Assembly (NCBI GenBank): GCA_001823925.1
Contig: MHWB01000011.1
Location: forward strand, 25,471 to 89,470
DNA: 64,000 bases
Source of the DNA: Candidatus Zambryskibacteria bacterium RIFCSPLOWO2_01_FULL_39_39
GTDB lineage: Bacteria; Patescibacteriota; Minisyncoccia; Phycocordibacterales; WO2-35-19
Direction: 5' to 3'
Part shown: one piece after another, positions 10,601-17,916 of the stretch
Layout of the letters: every line of letters begins with the position of its first letter
Position numbering within the stretch: position 1 is the first letter of the stretch
Position numbers and translations under genes: made by a program
The notes under the pieces: model-generated
Databases searched by the model: none
What the model was told of the DNA's origin: nothing
Seen by the model: the letters and a program-made list of their open reading frames with translations, nothing else

Positions 10601-11130
10601 TAATCTTTATAAATTAAACCTTTATCAAATAATTTTTTAAAAGCCCACCACTCTGACTCCATATAAGAAGCGTCCATCGTTCGATAAGGACTATCCATAT
10701 TTACCCACCGTCCAAAGCGTGGAATAAACTTATTCCAAACATCGACATAAGTAAAAATTTTATCTCGACAAAGATTATTAAATTTGCCAATTCCTATTTC
10801 TTCAATTTCTTTTTTACTTTTGATACCTAATTCCTTTTCAACAATATTTTCAATTGGTAGACCGTGTGTATCCCAGCCCCACCGCCTCTCAACGAAGCGC
10901 CCCCGCATTGTCTGATAGCGCGGAATCACATCTTTCATAACACTTGCTACCAAGTGGCCATAGTGAGGTGTTCCGGTAGCAAATGGAGGTCCATCATGAA
11001 AAACAAAAGGTTTATTATTTTTTGTTTGCTCTAGAGATTTTTCAAAAATTTTGTTATCTTCCCAGAATTTCAGTATTTCTTCTTCTCTTTCGGCTATTTT
11101 TGACTTTTGGTTTCCCTCTATCATACTCAA
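7627..11130 (-). CDS. ileS: Isoleucyl-tRNA synthetase carrying an internal histidine-phosphatase (PGM-like) domain insertion
   Basis: HYGH and KMSKRL motifs, WCISRQR-like WSISRQRFW. Residues ~505-690 (nt ~9061-9618) are a complete RHG histidine-phosphatase domain (FVMRHGEAEQN ... LVSHDGPI). Confidence 0.9.
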   Translation of the reverse strand: MSMIEGNQKSKIAEREEEILKFWEDNKIFEKSLEQTKNNKPFVFHDGPPFATGTPHYGHLVASVMKDVIPRYQTMRGRFVERRWGWDTHGLPIENIVEKELGIKSKKEIEEIGIGKFNNLCRDKIFTYVDVWNKFIPRFGRWVNMDSPYRTMDASYMESEWWAFKKLFDKGLIYKDYRSMYICPRCETTLAQAEVAEGYKDIKDIAVTAKFELVDEPNTFILAWTTTPWTLPGNVALAVNPDFIYVKIEKKDETMENLTRFILIKEKLKEIFKEDKFEIVEEFKGKDLVGKSYKPIFDDYSKSKTLENRKNGWKIYATSFVTTESGTGVVHIAPAFGEDDMELGKKEKLPFVQHVGMDGIIRSEVLDLAGLSVKPIEDPQKTDVEVLKILAQKNLLFSKEKYEHSYPHCWRCETPLLNYATSSWFVSVSKIKKDLLEYAENINWQPKHIKEGRWHSWLENARDWSISRQRFWANTIPVWENEKTEERLVIGSVEELQKYTKKSGNKYFVMRHGEAEQNISDIINSDPQNIFPLTKEGRKQVQTVAQDIKKEKIDLIITSPFERCLETAEIVRQALDLSKEDVKVDDLLGEFKKGPDFEGKKWDEYWKLFANMRERFEKAPDGGETLLDLNKRMGGLLFNIEKKYSDKNILLVSHDGPIAAMYMVTEGANLNRSIEIKEKGIHKSEFAEFGELNFVPLPHNENYELDLHRPYIDEVELVNDKGIVFKRVTDVLDTWFDSGSVPFSSYHYPFENKEKVESRIPADFIAEGLDQISKWFYYQHVFATSLFGKQVFNNVVVNGIVLAEDGKKMSKRLKNYQDPTVIVDKYGADSLRYYLMSTPVMKAEDLNFSEKGVDEVSKKVILKLENVLSFYEMYSDKKVVENNQESEHVLDRWILVRLSELHKEITKALNVCDIYGATRPILNFIEDFSTWYIRRSRDRFKSEDIKDKNNVLSTTRFVLLELAKYMAPLTPFFAEHIYLKLKFPNDPESVHLCSWPVLSEVEGLHFAEILEMMQEVRKTVSLALEKRMTANIKVRQPLSKLKIKDLKLKDKEEYLELIKDEVNVKKIIFQENLETEVELDTKITKELQKEGDLRSFIRAVQELRKNKNLMPADAIELLVETDNVGKEFLNSVISEIKKPTNINEIIFAENDGEELKIENYKLKIKIK

Positions 11131-11143
11131 AATATAGCATTTT

Positions 11144-12166
11144 CTAATCCTTTTTCAAAAGGTTTTTTATTCTTTCATTTATTTGAGTTTGTAACACAAA
11201 TTGATTTCCATGTTTCAATAAACCGCTATATGACATAAGTGAGCTTACATTTTCATTTTCGTTCAAAGCTTTTACAACTCTCCTCTTTGTCGCAGTCCTC
11301 AAAACTCTGTGGGTTGGGAAATGCCCCCAGCCCAGGAAATCAACACCAGAAGATAAAGTCTTTATGAATACCTTGTTGGGATGAAGCAAAAGTTTTAGAT
11401 TTTCTTCCAAGAATTCACTAATTTTATAAGTAAGTTCCAAAAGGTAGTATTTGTCTGTACTTAGTATCACAAAATCATCTGCATATCTTATATAATATTT
11501 TACTTTCATTTGATGCTTCATCCAACTATCAAACTCATTCATGTATATGTTTACTAAAAGTTGAGATGTTAAATTTCCTAAAGGTAAGCCAACACTTTCT
11601 TTTCTAGAATCAAAACTTTTTATTACTCTCGCGAGCAGCCAAATTATCTCTTTGTCCTCTATGTGTTTGTTTAAAATATTTAAGAGAATGGTTTGATTTA
11701 TAGAAGCAAAGAACTTACGAATATCACACTTTAGAACCCAGCAAGTTTTTGTATTGTTTTTTGATACCTTTCTGCCAAAATCTCTAAATCTATTTATGGC
11801 TCTGTGAGTCCCTTTGTCTAGCCTGCAAGAATATGAATCATGTATAAAAAGTTTATCAAAGTATGGATACAGTATTTTATAGATTGCATGGTGCAAAAGC
11901 CTGTCCCTTACTATTGCCTTATGTATATTGCGAGGTTTGGGGTCTGAAATATTGAAGGCTTTGTAGCCAGCGTGGGTGTAGGTTTTTGTTTGGAGAGAAT
12001 TGTATAAAGAAATTATATTATCAAACAAATTTAACTGAAATTCCTGGGCATCTATTTTGTTTTTCTTTCCATTTAGAAACTCTTCCCAAGCTAGGAGCAG
12101 ATTTTCTATAGAAATGATATCTTTATAGTGAATAGAAGATTTTTTCATTTTATAATTAGAACACAA
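11144..12166 (-). CDS. Reverse transcriptase of a diversity-generating retroelement
   Basis: 340 aa; YADDFVIL motif 5; motif 4 is GLPLGNLTSQLLVNIYM (SQ in place of SP, the DGR RT hallmark). Confidence 0.85.
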   Translation of the reverse strand: MCSNYKMKKSSIHYKDIISIENLLLAWEEFLNGKKNKIDAQEFQLNLFDNIISLYNSLQTKTYTHAGYKAFNISDPKPRNIHKAIVRDRLLHHAIYKILYPYFDKLFIHDSYSCRLDKGTHRAINRFRDFGRKVSKNNTKTCWVLKCDIRKFFASINQTILLNILNKHIEDKEIIWLLARVIKSFDSRKESVGLPLGNLTSQLLVNIYMNEFDSWMKHQMKVKYYIRYADDFVILSTDKYYLLELTYKISEFLEENLKLLLHPNKVFIKTLSSGVDFLGWGHFPTHRVLRTATKRRVVKALNENENVSSLMSYSGLLKHGNQFVLQTQINERIKNLLKKD

Positions 12167-12182
12167 AAATTATTCCTATGAA

Positions 12183-12193
12183 CCCCCCCCCCC
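12183..12193. repeat. Homopolymeric C11 tract in the 46-bp divergent region between the RT and avd starts
   Basis: aacccccccccccgc read directly; the surrounding genome is AT-rich. Confidence 0.9.
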
Positions 12194-12212
12194 GCAATTA
12201 CAAGCAAAAAAT

Positions 12213-12572
12213 TTGGTGCCTGTGGTAATAAAATTGAAGGATAGTTATAAACTGTGGCAAGTTCTTTTAGCAATTCTACCCAAGACTTTGCGATATTCTA
12301 TGGGAATAAAAATAGATTCTCTTTTTGTTGAAGTGATAGAATACACATCCATGGCCAGCTTTTTAGAAAAAAGTGAGAAGTTGCCATATTTGAAAGTAGC
12401 TATAAGAAAAATAGATACTATAAAAATACTTCTTATGATTGTCTGGGAAAATAGAGGAATTGATGACAAAAAGTACATAACTATTTCTGAATCACTAAAT
12501 GAAGTGGGTAAAATGCTTGGTGGATGGAGCGGACAGCTTATAAAATCAGCCTCCGTTAAAACTTCGGCCTGA
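12213..12572 (+). CDS. avd: Four-helix-bundle protein of the 23S rRNA-IVS family; putative DGR accessory variability determinant (Avd)
   Basis: 119 aa; C-terminal ISESLNEVGKMLGGW matches the four-helix-bundle/Avd family; adjacent to RT and TR1. Confidence 0.55.
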   Translation: MVPVVIKLKDSYKLWQVLLAILPKTLRYSMGIKIDSLFVEVIEYTSMASFLEKSEKLPYLKVAIRKIDTIKILLMIVWENRGIDDKKYITISESLNEVGKMLGGWSGQLIKSASVKTSA

Positions 12573-12583
12573 CAAAGCAAAAC

Positions 12584-12604
12584 TCTCCCAAGAAATAGGG
12601 AGAG
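12584..12604. other. GC hairpin (ctctccc-aagaaata-gggagag) directly 3' of TR1 in the minus-strand RNA sense
   Basis: 7-bp perfect stem, followed on the minus strand by a U-rich run. Confidence 0.5.
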
Positions 12605-12616
12605 AAATGAAGAGAG

Positions 12617-12717
12617 TTGCGACGCCCCGCAAACCAGATATTGCCATTCCAGTTGCTGTCGTTACTGTTCACATTGACCTTGCGCTCATCACCGTTCCGG
12701 TTGAAGTAGACGTAACT
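12617..12717 (-). repeat. DGR template repeat TR1
   Basis: 101 bp, homologous to 13072-13172. All ~20 mismatches have T on the + strand here (A in the minus-strand sense). In-frame translation is Asn-rich. Confidence 0.85.
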
Positions 12718-12983
12718 CTGTACAAAAAACCCTCTATGCCACCACCCCTTGAAATTTTTTTAAAATAACTCGGAGTTGAATTTTATTTCGCATCATAATG
12801 CGATGGTATTCTGTACCAAGTATCTTCATTTTTTATTGAAGTTTCTACATACACCACCCTACCAAAAACCGTGATCCCCGATATTCTCGATGTATGAATA
12901 CTGGATTCGGTGGCAAGCATCCATAAACACTTGCTGATATTCACCTACTACCATATTTATATTAGCAAAATTTTGATAAATAG

Positions 12984-13015
12984 AAATCCCCATCCGCCGA
13001 AACGGGTGGGGATTT
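12984..13015. other. 13-bp-stem GC hairpin ~55 bp downstream of VR1 (minus sense); candidate DGR target-recognition hairpin/cruciform
   Basis: aaatccccatccg-ccgaaa-cgggtggggattt; one G-U pair. Confidence 0.6.
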
Positions 13016-13067
13016 GAAGGACAAAGTCCAAAGGATCCGAAAGACCCAAATGGACAAGTCCGAAGAT

Positions 13068-13682
13068 CTACTTGCGACGCCCCGCAAACCAGAGAGAGCC
13101 AAGCCAGAAGCTGACGAGACTGTCCACATGGACCTTGCGCCCATCACCGCGCCGGTAGAAGTAGACGTAACTGTTCTTTGCCCACTGCATCCCGTTGGGA
13201 TGTTTATCGGCAAAAGCCTGGTCATCTGCATTCACCTGCATTTGGGCTGCGTAGTCCGGGACAAGCCCACGTTCCTCAAACACTCGTGAAATGTCGGCGA
13301 CAGGGGTGTCTTTCTCGAGCGGGAAGAAGAGTAGGTCACCTTCTTCCGGGCCGTCCATGGGCATAGTCGCGAGGACTGTCTCGTCGACGTACCATGGTAC
13401 ACGATTGCAAGCAGAAAGTAATTGAGCCGGAGTTTTCGTCCGATCCACCTTGAAGTGGCGGATGATCACTTTAGCACGATGCTCGACGCGAGTTTTCAAC
13501 GACTCGATAAACTCTGCAATGAGTTCCTCCATCTCGTCATCTGAAACGCCTTGCACTATGTCTTTTGGGAAATTGGTACCGGCTTTCGGAAACTTGGCGA
13601 CAAATCGATCACCAATCTGTCGTGCCTGTTCCTGGGTCATTGTTTCTGTGGTTGCAATGGTTTTTTGTTCCATCGGTTGCAC
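13068..13682 (-). CDS. DGR variable target protein 1; VR at the extreme C-terminus; GC-rich gene; no signal peptide
   Basis: 204 aa; the C-terminal 34 codons are VR1; GC clearly higher than the flanks. Confidence 0.8.
   Translation of the reverse strand: MQPMEQKTIATTETMTQEQARQIGDRFVAKFPKAGTNFPKDIVQGVSDDEMEELIAEFIESLKTRVEHRAKVIIRHFKVDRTKTPAQLLSACNRVPWYVDETVLATMPMDGPEEGDLLFFPLEKDTPVADISRVFEERGLVPDYAAQMQVNADDQAFADKHPNGMQWAKNSYVYFYRRGDGRKVHVDSLVSFWLGSLWFAGRRK
13072..13172 (-). repeat. DGR variable repeat VR1
   Basis: Pairs with TR1; differs only at TR adenine positions; sits at the 3' end of the target ORF. The IMH-like end tttgcggggcgtcgcaa is shared with TR1. Confidence 0.85.
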
Positions 13683-13816
13683 TACTTTCTCAAAGAAAAT
13701 ACAGGTTGTATTAGGCTTTTAGGCCTCCTGCACTCCATATCAATTATACCATATCTAATATTTAAATGCAAGGATTTGTGGTGATACCGCTTAAAATAAG
13801 CCATATTTCAACCAAT

Positions 13817-13848
13817 TACACTGTCTTTACGGTCGTAAGAAGAGTGTA
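13817..13848. repeat. 32-bp near-palindromic element tacactgtctttacggtcgtaagaagagtgta (copy 1). Sits ~135 bp upstream (minus sense) of DGR target gene 1.
   Basis: Identical to 14438-14469. Confidence 0.8.
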
Positions 13849-13850
13849 GT

Positions 13851-14426
13851 TTATTTTTTAGGAAGTTTAAAATATTTACGGAGCCAATCGTCATTTTCAA
13901 TTAATTCAACTGTCATATAAATAACATCGTCCCCTATTTCTAAATAAGTTTTTAAAAGATTGATCGCCCCTTCACATGGGTATGGATAGACCCAAACACT
14001 ATTTTGTAATCTTACAAATCCAAATTTTAAAAGCATATATCTCAGATCATCTCGTGAAAATCTTAAATTTTCTTTTATATCAAAGATAACTACTCTATAT
14101 TTTCCATCCCATTTTTTGGGTTTTTGTTTTGCCAAACCTTCAAATTCAAATTTAAGAAGTGATTTCTTACCCTCTGGAGTTAACTTGGCATATTTTTCTC
14201 CACTGGCTTTAGTAATCGTCTCAATCAGACCCCTTTTATAAAGTTTCTTTATTGCTGTATCAATATAATATTTTTGTCTATCTTCTCTTTTTTTATCAAG
14301 ATTAAGAAGTCTCAAAGCTTGCAGAGCATTGGGAGCAATCAAAGCAAAACTCATAAGAGCCGAGAGTCCAATGACCGCAAGTATTATATTTCTTACTGGT
14401 ATCCTTTCACCATAATCGTCTTTCAT
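13851..14426 (-). CDS. PaaX-like regulator: N-terminal TM, wHTH, C-terminal PaaX_C/Cas2-like fold
   Basis: WDGKYRVVIFDIKENLRFSRDDLRYMLLKFGFVRLQNSVWVYP resembles the PaaX family C-terminal motif. Confidence 0.4.
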   Translation of the reverse strand: MKDDYGERIPVRNIILAVIGLSALMSFALIAPNALQALRLLNLDKKREDRQKYYIDTAIKKLYKRGLIETITKASGEKYAKLTPEGKKSLLKFEFEGLAKQKPKKWDGKYRVVIFDIKENLRFSRDDLRYMLLKFGFVRLQNSVWVYPYPCEGAINLLKTYLEIGDDVIYMTVELIENDDWLRKYFKLPKK

Positions 14427-14437
14427 AATTTACATTA

Positions 14438-14469
14438 TACACTGTCTTTACGGTCGTAAGAAGAGTGTA
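14438..14469. repeat. 32-bp near-palindromic element (copy 2), 12 bp upstream of the PaaX-like gene start; includes a TGTATAAT -10-like motif on the minus strand
   Basis: Identical to 13817-13848. Confidence 0.8.
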
Positions 14470-14505
14470 ATCGAGGGGTATTGAAAATTATTAAGATTAT
14501 AAAAA

Positions 14506-15321
14506 TTAAGAAAGTACTTTTTTTGCTTCTTCAAATTCTTTCGGCAGAGGAGATTCTACTGTTATGTGGGTACCAGAAGGAAGTTGTAACTTTATAGATA
14601 ATGCATGTAAAGCAAGCCTATCAAACCCTAATATTTTTTCTTCTCCATCTTTCGTATTTCGCCTGCCCGAATGACTCGGTCGGGCGGGTATTTCGTATTT
14701 CTGTTTTCGCCCGTATAGTTTATCCATAAGTACCGGATGACTTATTGATTTCAAGTGTACTCTGATTTGATGTGTCCTCCCCGTCTTAGGTCTAACTTCA
14801 AGATACGCAAAATATTCTCCCTCAATTTCTTTTTGAAATAAAACTTTATACTCTGTAACTGCCTCTCGGAGCTCCCCCTTTGCGCCATGCTCTGCAGACC
14901 ATTTTCGGAAATCTGAAGCGCTCCGACCAATTGGAGCATCTATCCTCCCCTCTATTTTGCCTGTCCTGAGCAAAGTCGAAGGATCGGCTCCAAATTTTCC
15001 CCAAACAACTGCATTATAAATTTTTTCTACTTTTCTATTTTGAAACTGCTCTTTCAAAAACTGATGAGCTTCTTTGGTTTTTGCCACAAGTATTACCCCG
15101 CTTGTATCTCTATCCAACCTATGCACAATACCAGGCCTCTTTATAACCTCTCCATTTTGGAGAGTTTGAGGCTCCCCCACTTCTTTCAAATACGGATAAT
15201 CCTCGTTTAGCCGATCTACTAAAGTAGGGTTCTTGCTCCTCCCATCAGAGTGCACCAAAAGCCCACTTGGCTTGTCTAAAGCTAATATATATTCATCTTC
15301 GTATAATACTTTTATTTCCAT
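14506..15321 (-). CDS. RluA-family pseudouridine synthase (RluD/RluC-like)
   Basis: HRLDRDTSGVILVAKT catalytic motif; RTHQIRVHL. Confidence 0.85.
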   Translation of the reverse strand: MEIKVLYEDEYILALDKPSGLLVHSDGRSKNPTLVDRLNEDYPYLKEVGEPQTLQNGEVIKRPGIVHRLDRDTSGVILVAKTKEAHQFLKEQFQNRKVEKIYNAVVWGKFGADPSTLLRTGKIEGRIDAPIGRSASDFRKWSAEHGAKGELREAVTEYKVLFQKEIEGEYFAYLEVRPKTGRTHQIRVHLKSISHPVLMDKLYGRKQKYEIPARPSHSGRRNTKDGEEKILGFDRLALHALSIKLQLPSGTHITVESPLPKEFEEAKKVLS

Positions 15322-15367
15322 GGCTTTAACTATGCCATAAAAATATGTTATGGTATATTATGTCCAC

Positions 15368-15440
15368 GCGCGGTTAGCTCAGTTGGTAGAGCGCGTCATT
15401 TACACTGACGATGCCGGGGGTTCGAGCCCTCCACCGCGCA
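15368..15440 (+). tRNA. tRNA-Val (anticodon TAC)
   Basis: Manual cloverleaf: acceptor gcgcggt/accgcgc, anticodon loop tttacac, T-loop ttcgagc. Confidence 0.75.
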
Positions 15441-15484
15441 CACTTCGATTCGCTTGTGCTTACTTAAGTAACAGGCACGAAGAC

Positions 15485-15556
15485 GCTCCCGTAGTTCAAT
15501 GGATAGAACAGAGCTCTTCTAAGGCTTTGATGTAGGTTCGATTCCTGCCGGGAGCA
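15485..15556 (+). tRNA. tRNA-Arg (anticodon TCT)
   Basis: Manual cloverleaf: acceptor gctcccg/cgggagc, anticodon loop cttctaa, T-loop ttcgatt. Confidence 0.7.
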
Positions 15557-15572
15557 CAGACGTTAAGAAAAT

Positions 15573-15878
15573 CTATATTGATGGATCTTTGGGGATAGAG
15601 ATTTCTTGGTTTATAAAATTATTCCTTTTTTCTATGGCACCATTAAGTTTGTCCACGTTTATAATATTTTTGAAACTCTCTGTTGATCTTGTATCTTTAT
15701 AACTTTCGGTATATAGAGAATAAAAAAGTTTAAAACCAACCAAGCTTGTGATAAAAACTATGATTAGAAACAGTCCCAGACTAACAAACCAAAACAAATC
15801 AATATCAAAAATCTGTGGCTTTAAAGATTTTAAGCTCGGCAAACCTTTCTTTTTAAGTTTTAAAAAATTAAATTTCAT
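15573..15878 (-). CDS. Hypothetical small membrane protein
   Basis: 101 aa; one TM helix; operonic with the pilMNO-like genes. Confidence 0.35.
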   Translation of the reverse strand: MKFNFLKLKKKGLPSLKSLKPQIFDIDLFWFVSLGLFLIIVFITSLVGFKLFYSLYTESYKDTRSTESFKNIINVDKLNGAIEKRNNFINQEISIPKDPSI

Positions 15879-16399
15879 TTTTCTCTAAAAATAACAAACT
15901 CCACAAAACCAGACCAATTGTTAGATGCATCAGCATCTAAATCAACTTTTTCAATTGATACCCCAAAAGACATTTTTTTTAATTTATCCAAAAAGATAAT
16001 TATATTTTTCCAAGAGCCTTCTATTTGCATTTTTACATTAATATCTTCTTTAAAAGAAGCGTCCTTTACTGCCCTAACATCAATAGAGGCGATCTCAAAC
16101 TTGACAGAGGAAGCTTTGGCCACCCCCTCTATTATTTCTATAAATTTCACCTCATCACCTTTTTGAATAAAAAAGTCTCTCAATGTTTGTACCGGCTCTT
16201 TATTGGCTTCAGCAATAGATTTGATTGCCCAAAATTTTTCTTCTTTGGAAGATTCCGAATTTATATCGTGATATAGATTTTCTATTTTTTTAATTTTGTT
16301 AGAAACAATGAGCAATCCCCCAAAATATAAAACAACACTAAGTAGGGCGATGGACAGAGACAATCTTACAATTTTGTTTTTTGGAATCCAGTTATTCAT
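15875..16399 (-). CDS. PilO-like type IV pilus assembly protein
   Basis: N-terminal TM plus coiled coil; 174 aa; position after the pilN-like gene. Confidence 0.45.
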   Translation of the reverse strand: MNNWIPKNKIVRLSLSIALLSVVLYFGGLLIVSNKIKKIENLYHDINSESSKEEKFWAIKSIAEANKEPVQTLRDFFIQKGDEVKFIEIIEGVAKASSVKFEIASIDVRAVKDASFKEDINVKMQIEGSWKNIIIFLDKLKKMSFGVSIEKVDLDADASNNWSGFVEFVIFREK

Positions 16400-16402
16400 T
16401 TT

Positions 16403-16951
16403 TTAATTTTCAATAGAAATATTCATAGAAAAAGGAAGGTTTTTGTCTTTAGTCAAACTCGAAACGGGCACCAAAACATCAGCAAATAGCTTGGATTCCT
16501 TTAAAAGAGTTGAGAAGGTGACCAGAGAATCCCGATTGGAGGCTACACCCGAAATCAAAACAGTAGTACTCCCCTTTTCTTTAGAAGTTTGATTTTTAGA
16601 AAGTGATATTGAATTTAAACGCACCCCCGAGGGTAAGAAGGCAACAATTTGGGAAAGATTATCCGCCACCGAAAGATCGCCGGTGTTTGATTGGAAAAAA
16701 TTTAATTTTAAACCTATTTCTCCGGGTAAATCTAAGATTTTTTTTATCGAAACATCATCTTCTGATTTTAAAAAATAATTAAGAGACGACTCTTTGGTAA
16801 AATAACCAGAAGCCAAGAAATAAGCAGGTGAAAGCATAATGAAGCCAATCAAAAATGATGCCGCCAATAAAAGCGAAGAGGCAACAATAAAACGAAGTTT
16901 TAAACCCTTTTTTAAATTCTCTTTTTCTGTTTTTGGTAAAATATTCATCAT
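16403..16951 (-). CDS. PilN-like type IV pilus assembly protein
   Basis: N-terminal TM; 182 aa; overlaps the pilM stop. Confidence 0.45.
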   Translation of the reverse strand: MMNILPKTEKENLKKGLKLRFIVASSLLLAASFLIGFIMLSPAYFLASGYFTKESSLNYFLKSEDDVSIKKILDLPGEIGLKLNFFQSNTGDLSVADNLSQIVAFLPSGVRLNSISLSKNQTSKEKGSTTVLISGVASNRDSLVTFSTLLKESKLFADVLVPVSSLTKDKNLPFSMNISIEN

Positions 16952-17907
16952 ATAATATCTGACAAGGCCGCCCCAACTGAACCAGCAAAGCTCAGAGATT
17001 TTTCAAAAGGAATATCCGGGGAATATTTGTCTATTTCAAAAACGTTGGTCCACACGTTTGATAATTTAATATTTTTTGAAGGCCCCCCAGAGTCATTTAT
17101 TGCCTCAACTACTTTTTGGGCATTTTCAAACTCACCACAAACAAAAATTGATTTTATGGGCTGGTTTTGGCTAGTATCATATTTTGAACAATATTCCAAA
17201 AATTTTTCATACTCATCCAAAAATTCCTTTTTGTAGTCTCCCTCTAAAACAGTCCTAATGGTGGAGAAGTGAACAATTTTGTCTTTTACTAAGTGAATTC
17301 CAATTCTATTTTCTCTGGCATGAATAACGCAAAACGTCCCAAAAAAGTTTTTGGGGATGACAGTTTTGGTTATTGCTTGCGATTCGTGGACACAGCCCAC
17401 CGGCTCAAACCCAGCTTTATAAAACGCTTCTATAAATTTCTCTATTTCTTTTTTAACACAGGCGGTCACCACCACCGAGACGCTATATTCGGCCTCCGAT
17501 TGGACAATTTGAATCGGCACAAAATCAAAAGCAACTTCACTTAGAGAGAGTGGGACATTTTCTTCAATAACAAAGGCCACTGCCTCTGTTATGTCCCCAC
17601 CAGAAGTTGGTACCGAAGCGAGAAATACATAAGAGAATTCATCCGGCACAGTAAAAAAAACAAAGGGTGAGTCAAAATTTTTCCTTATAACAGAAAGTCT
17701 TTTGACCACTTCTTCCATATTAACAATACTGCCGAGAACAATAGATCCCTTTTCAACTGAAATGATAGTACTTTTAAAACGGGGCCCTACGGTATTTTTT
17801 GTAAACGAGATAGCTTTAATGCTGGTATCGGAAAAAGAAATTCCAATATGGGGCGGCTTCAAAAATTGTGGTGGTGGAAAATATTTAGAGAAGAATCCTA
17901 ACTTCAT
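16948..17907 (-). CDS. pilM: PilM-like type IV pilus assembly protein (actin-fold ATPase-like)
   Basis: 319 aa; operon order M-N-O. Confidence 0.6.
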   Translation of the reverse strand: MKLGFFSKYFPPPQFLKPPHIGISFSDTSIKAISFTKNTVGPRFKSTIISVEKGSIVLGSIVNMEEVVKRLSVIRKNFDSPFVFFTVPDEFSYVFLASVPTSGGDITEAVAFVIEENVPLSLSEVAFDFVPIQIVQSEAEYSVSVVVTACVKKEIEKFIEAFYKAGFEPVGCVHESQAITKTVIPKNFFGTFCVIHARENRIGIHLVKDKIVHFSTIRTVLEGDYKKEFLDEYEKFLEYCSKYDTSQNQPIKSIFVCGEFENAQKVVEAINDSGGPSKNIKLSNVWTNVFEIDKYSPDIPFEKSLSFAGSVGAALSDII

Positions 17908-17916
17908 ACTACAAAA

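Noticed and set aside
12245-12580. 111-aa minus-strand ORF antisense to the Avd-like gene
   Set aside because: The translation is Pro/Ser-rich with no helical pattern. The + strand ORF gives a clean four-helix-bundle-family match.
14640-14700. GC-rich inverted repeat gcccga...tcgggc inside the RluA coding region (encoding YEIPARPSHSGRRNTK)
   Set aside because: The segment falls in a loop that is length-variable across the RluA family. I cannot tell an element insertion from native sequence without ortholog alignment.
15350-15535. 61-aa ORF on + overlapping the tRNA-Val and tRNA-Arg genes
   Set aside because: It is explained entirely by the two tRNA genes, and the translation is low-complexity.
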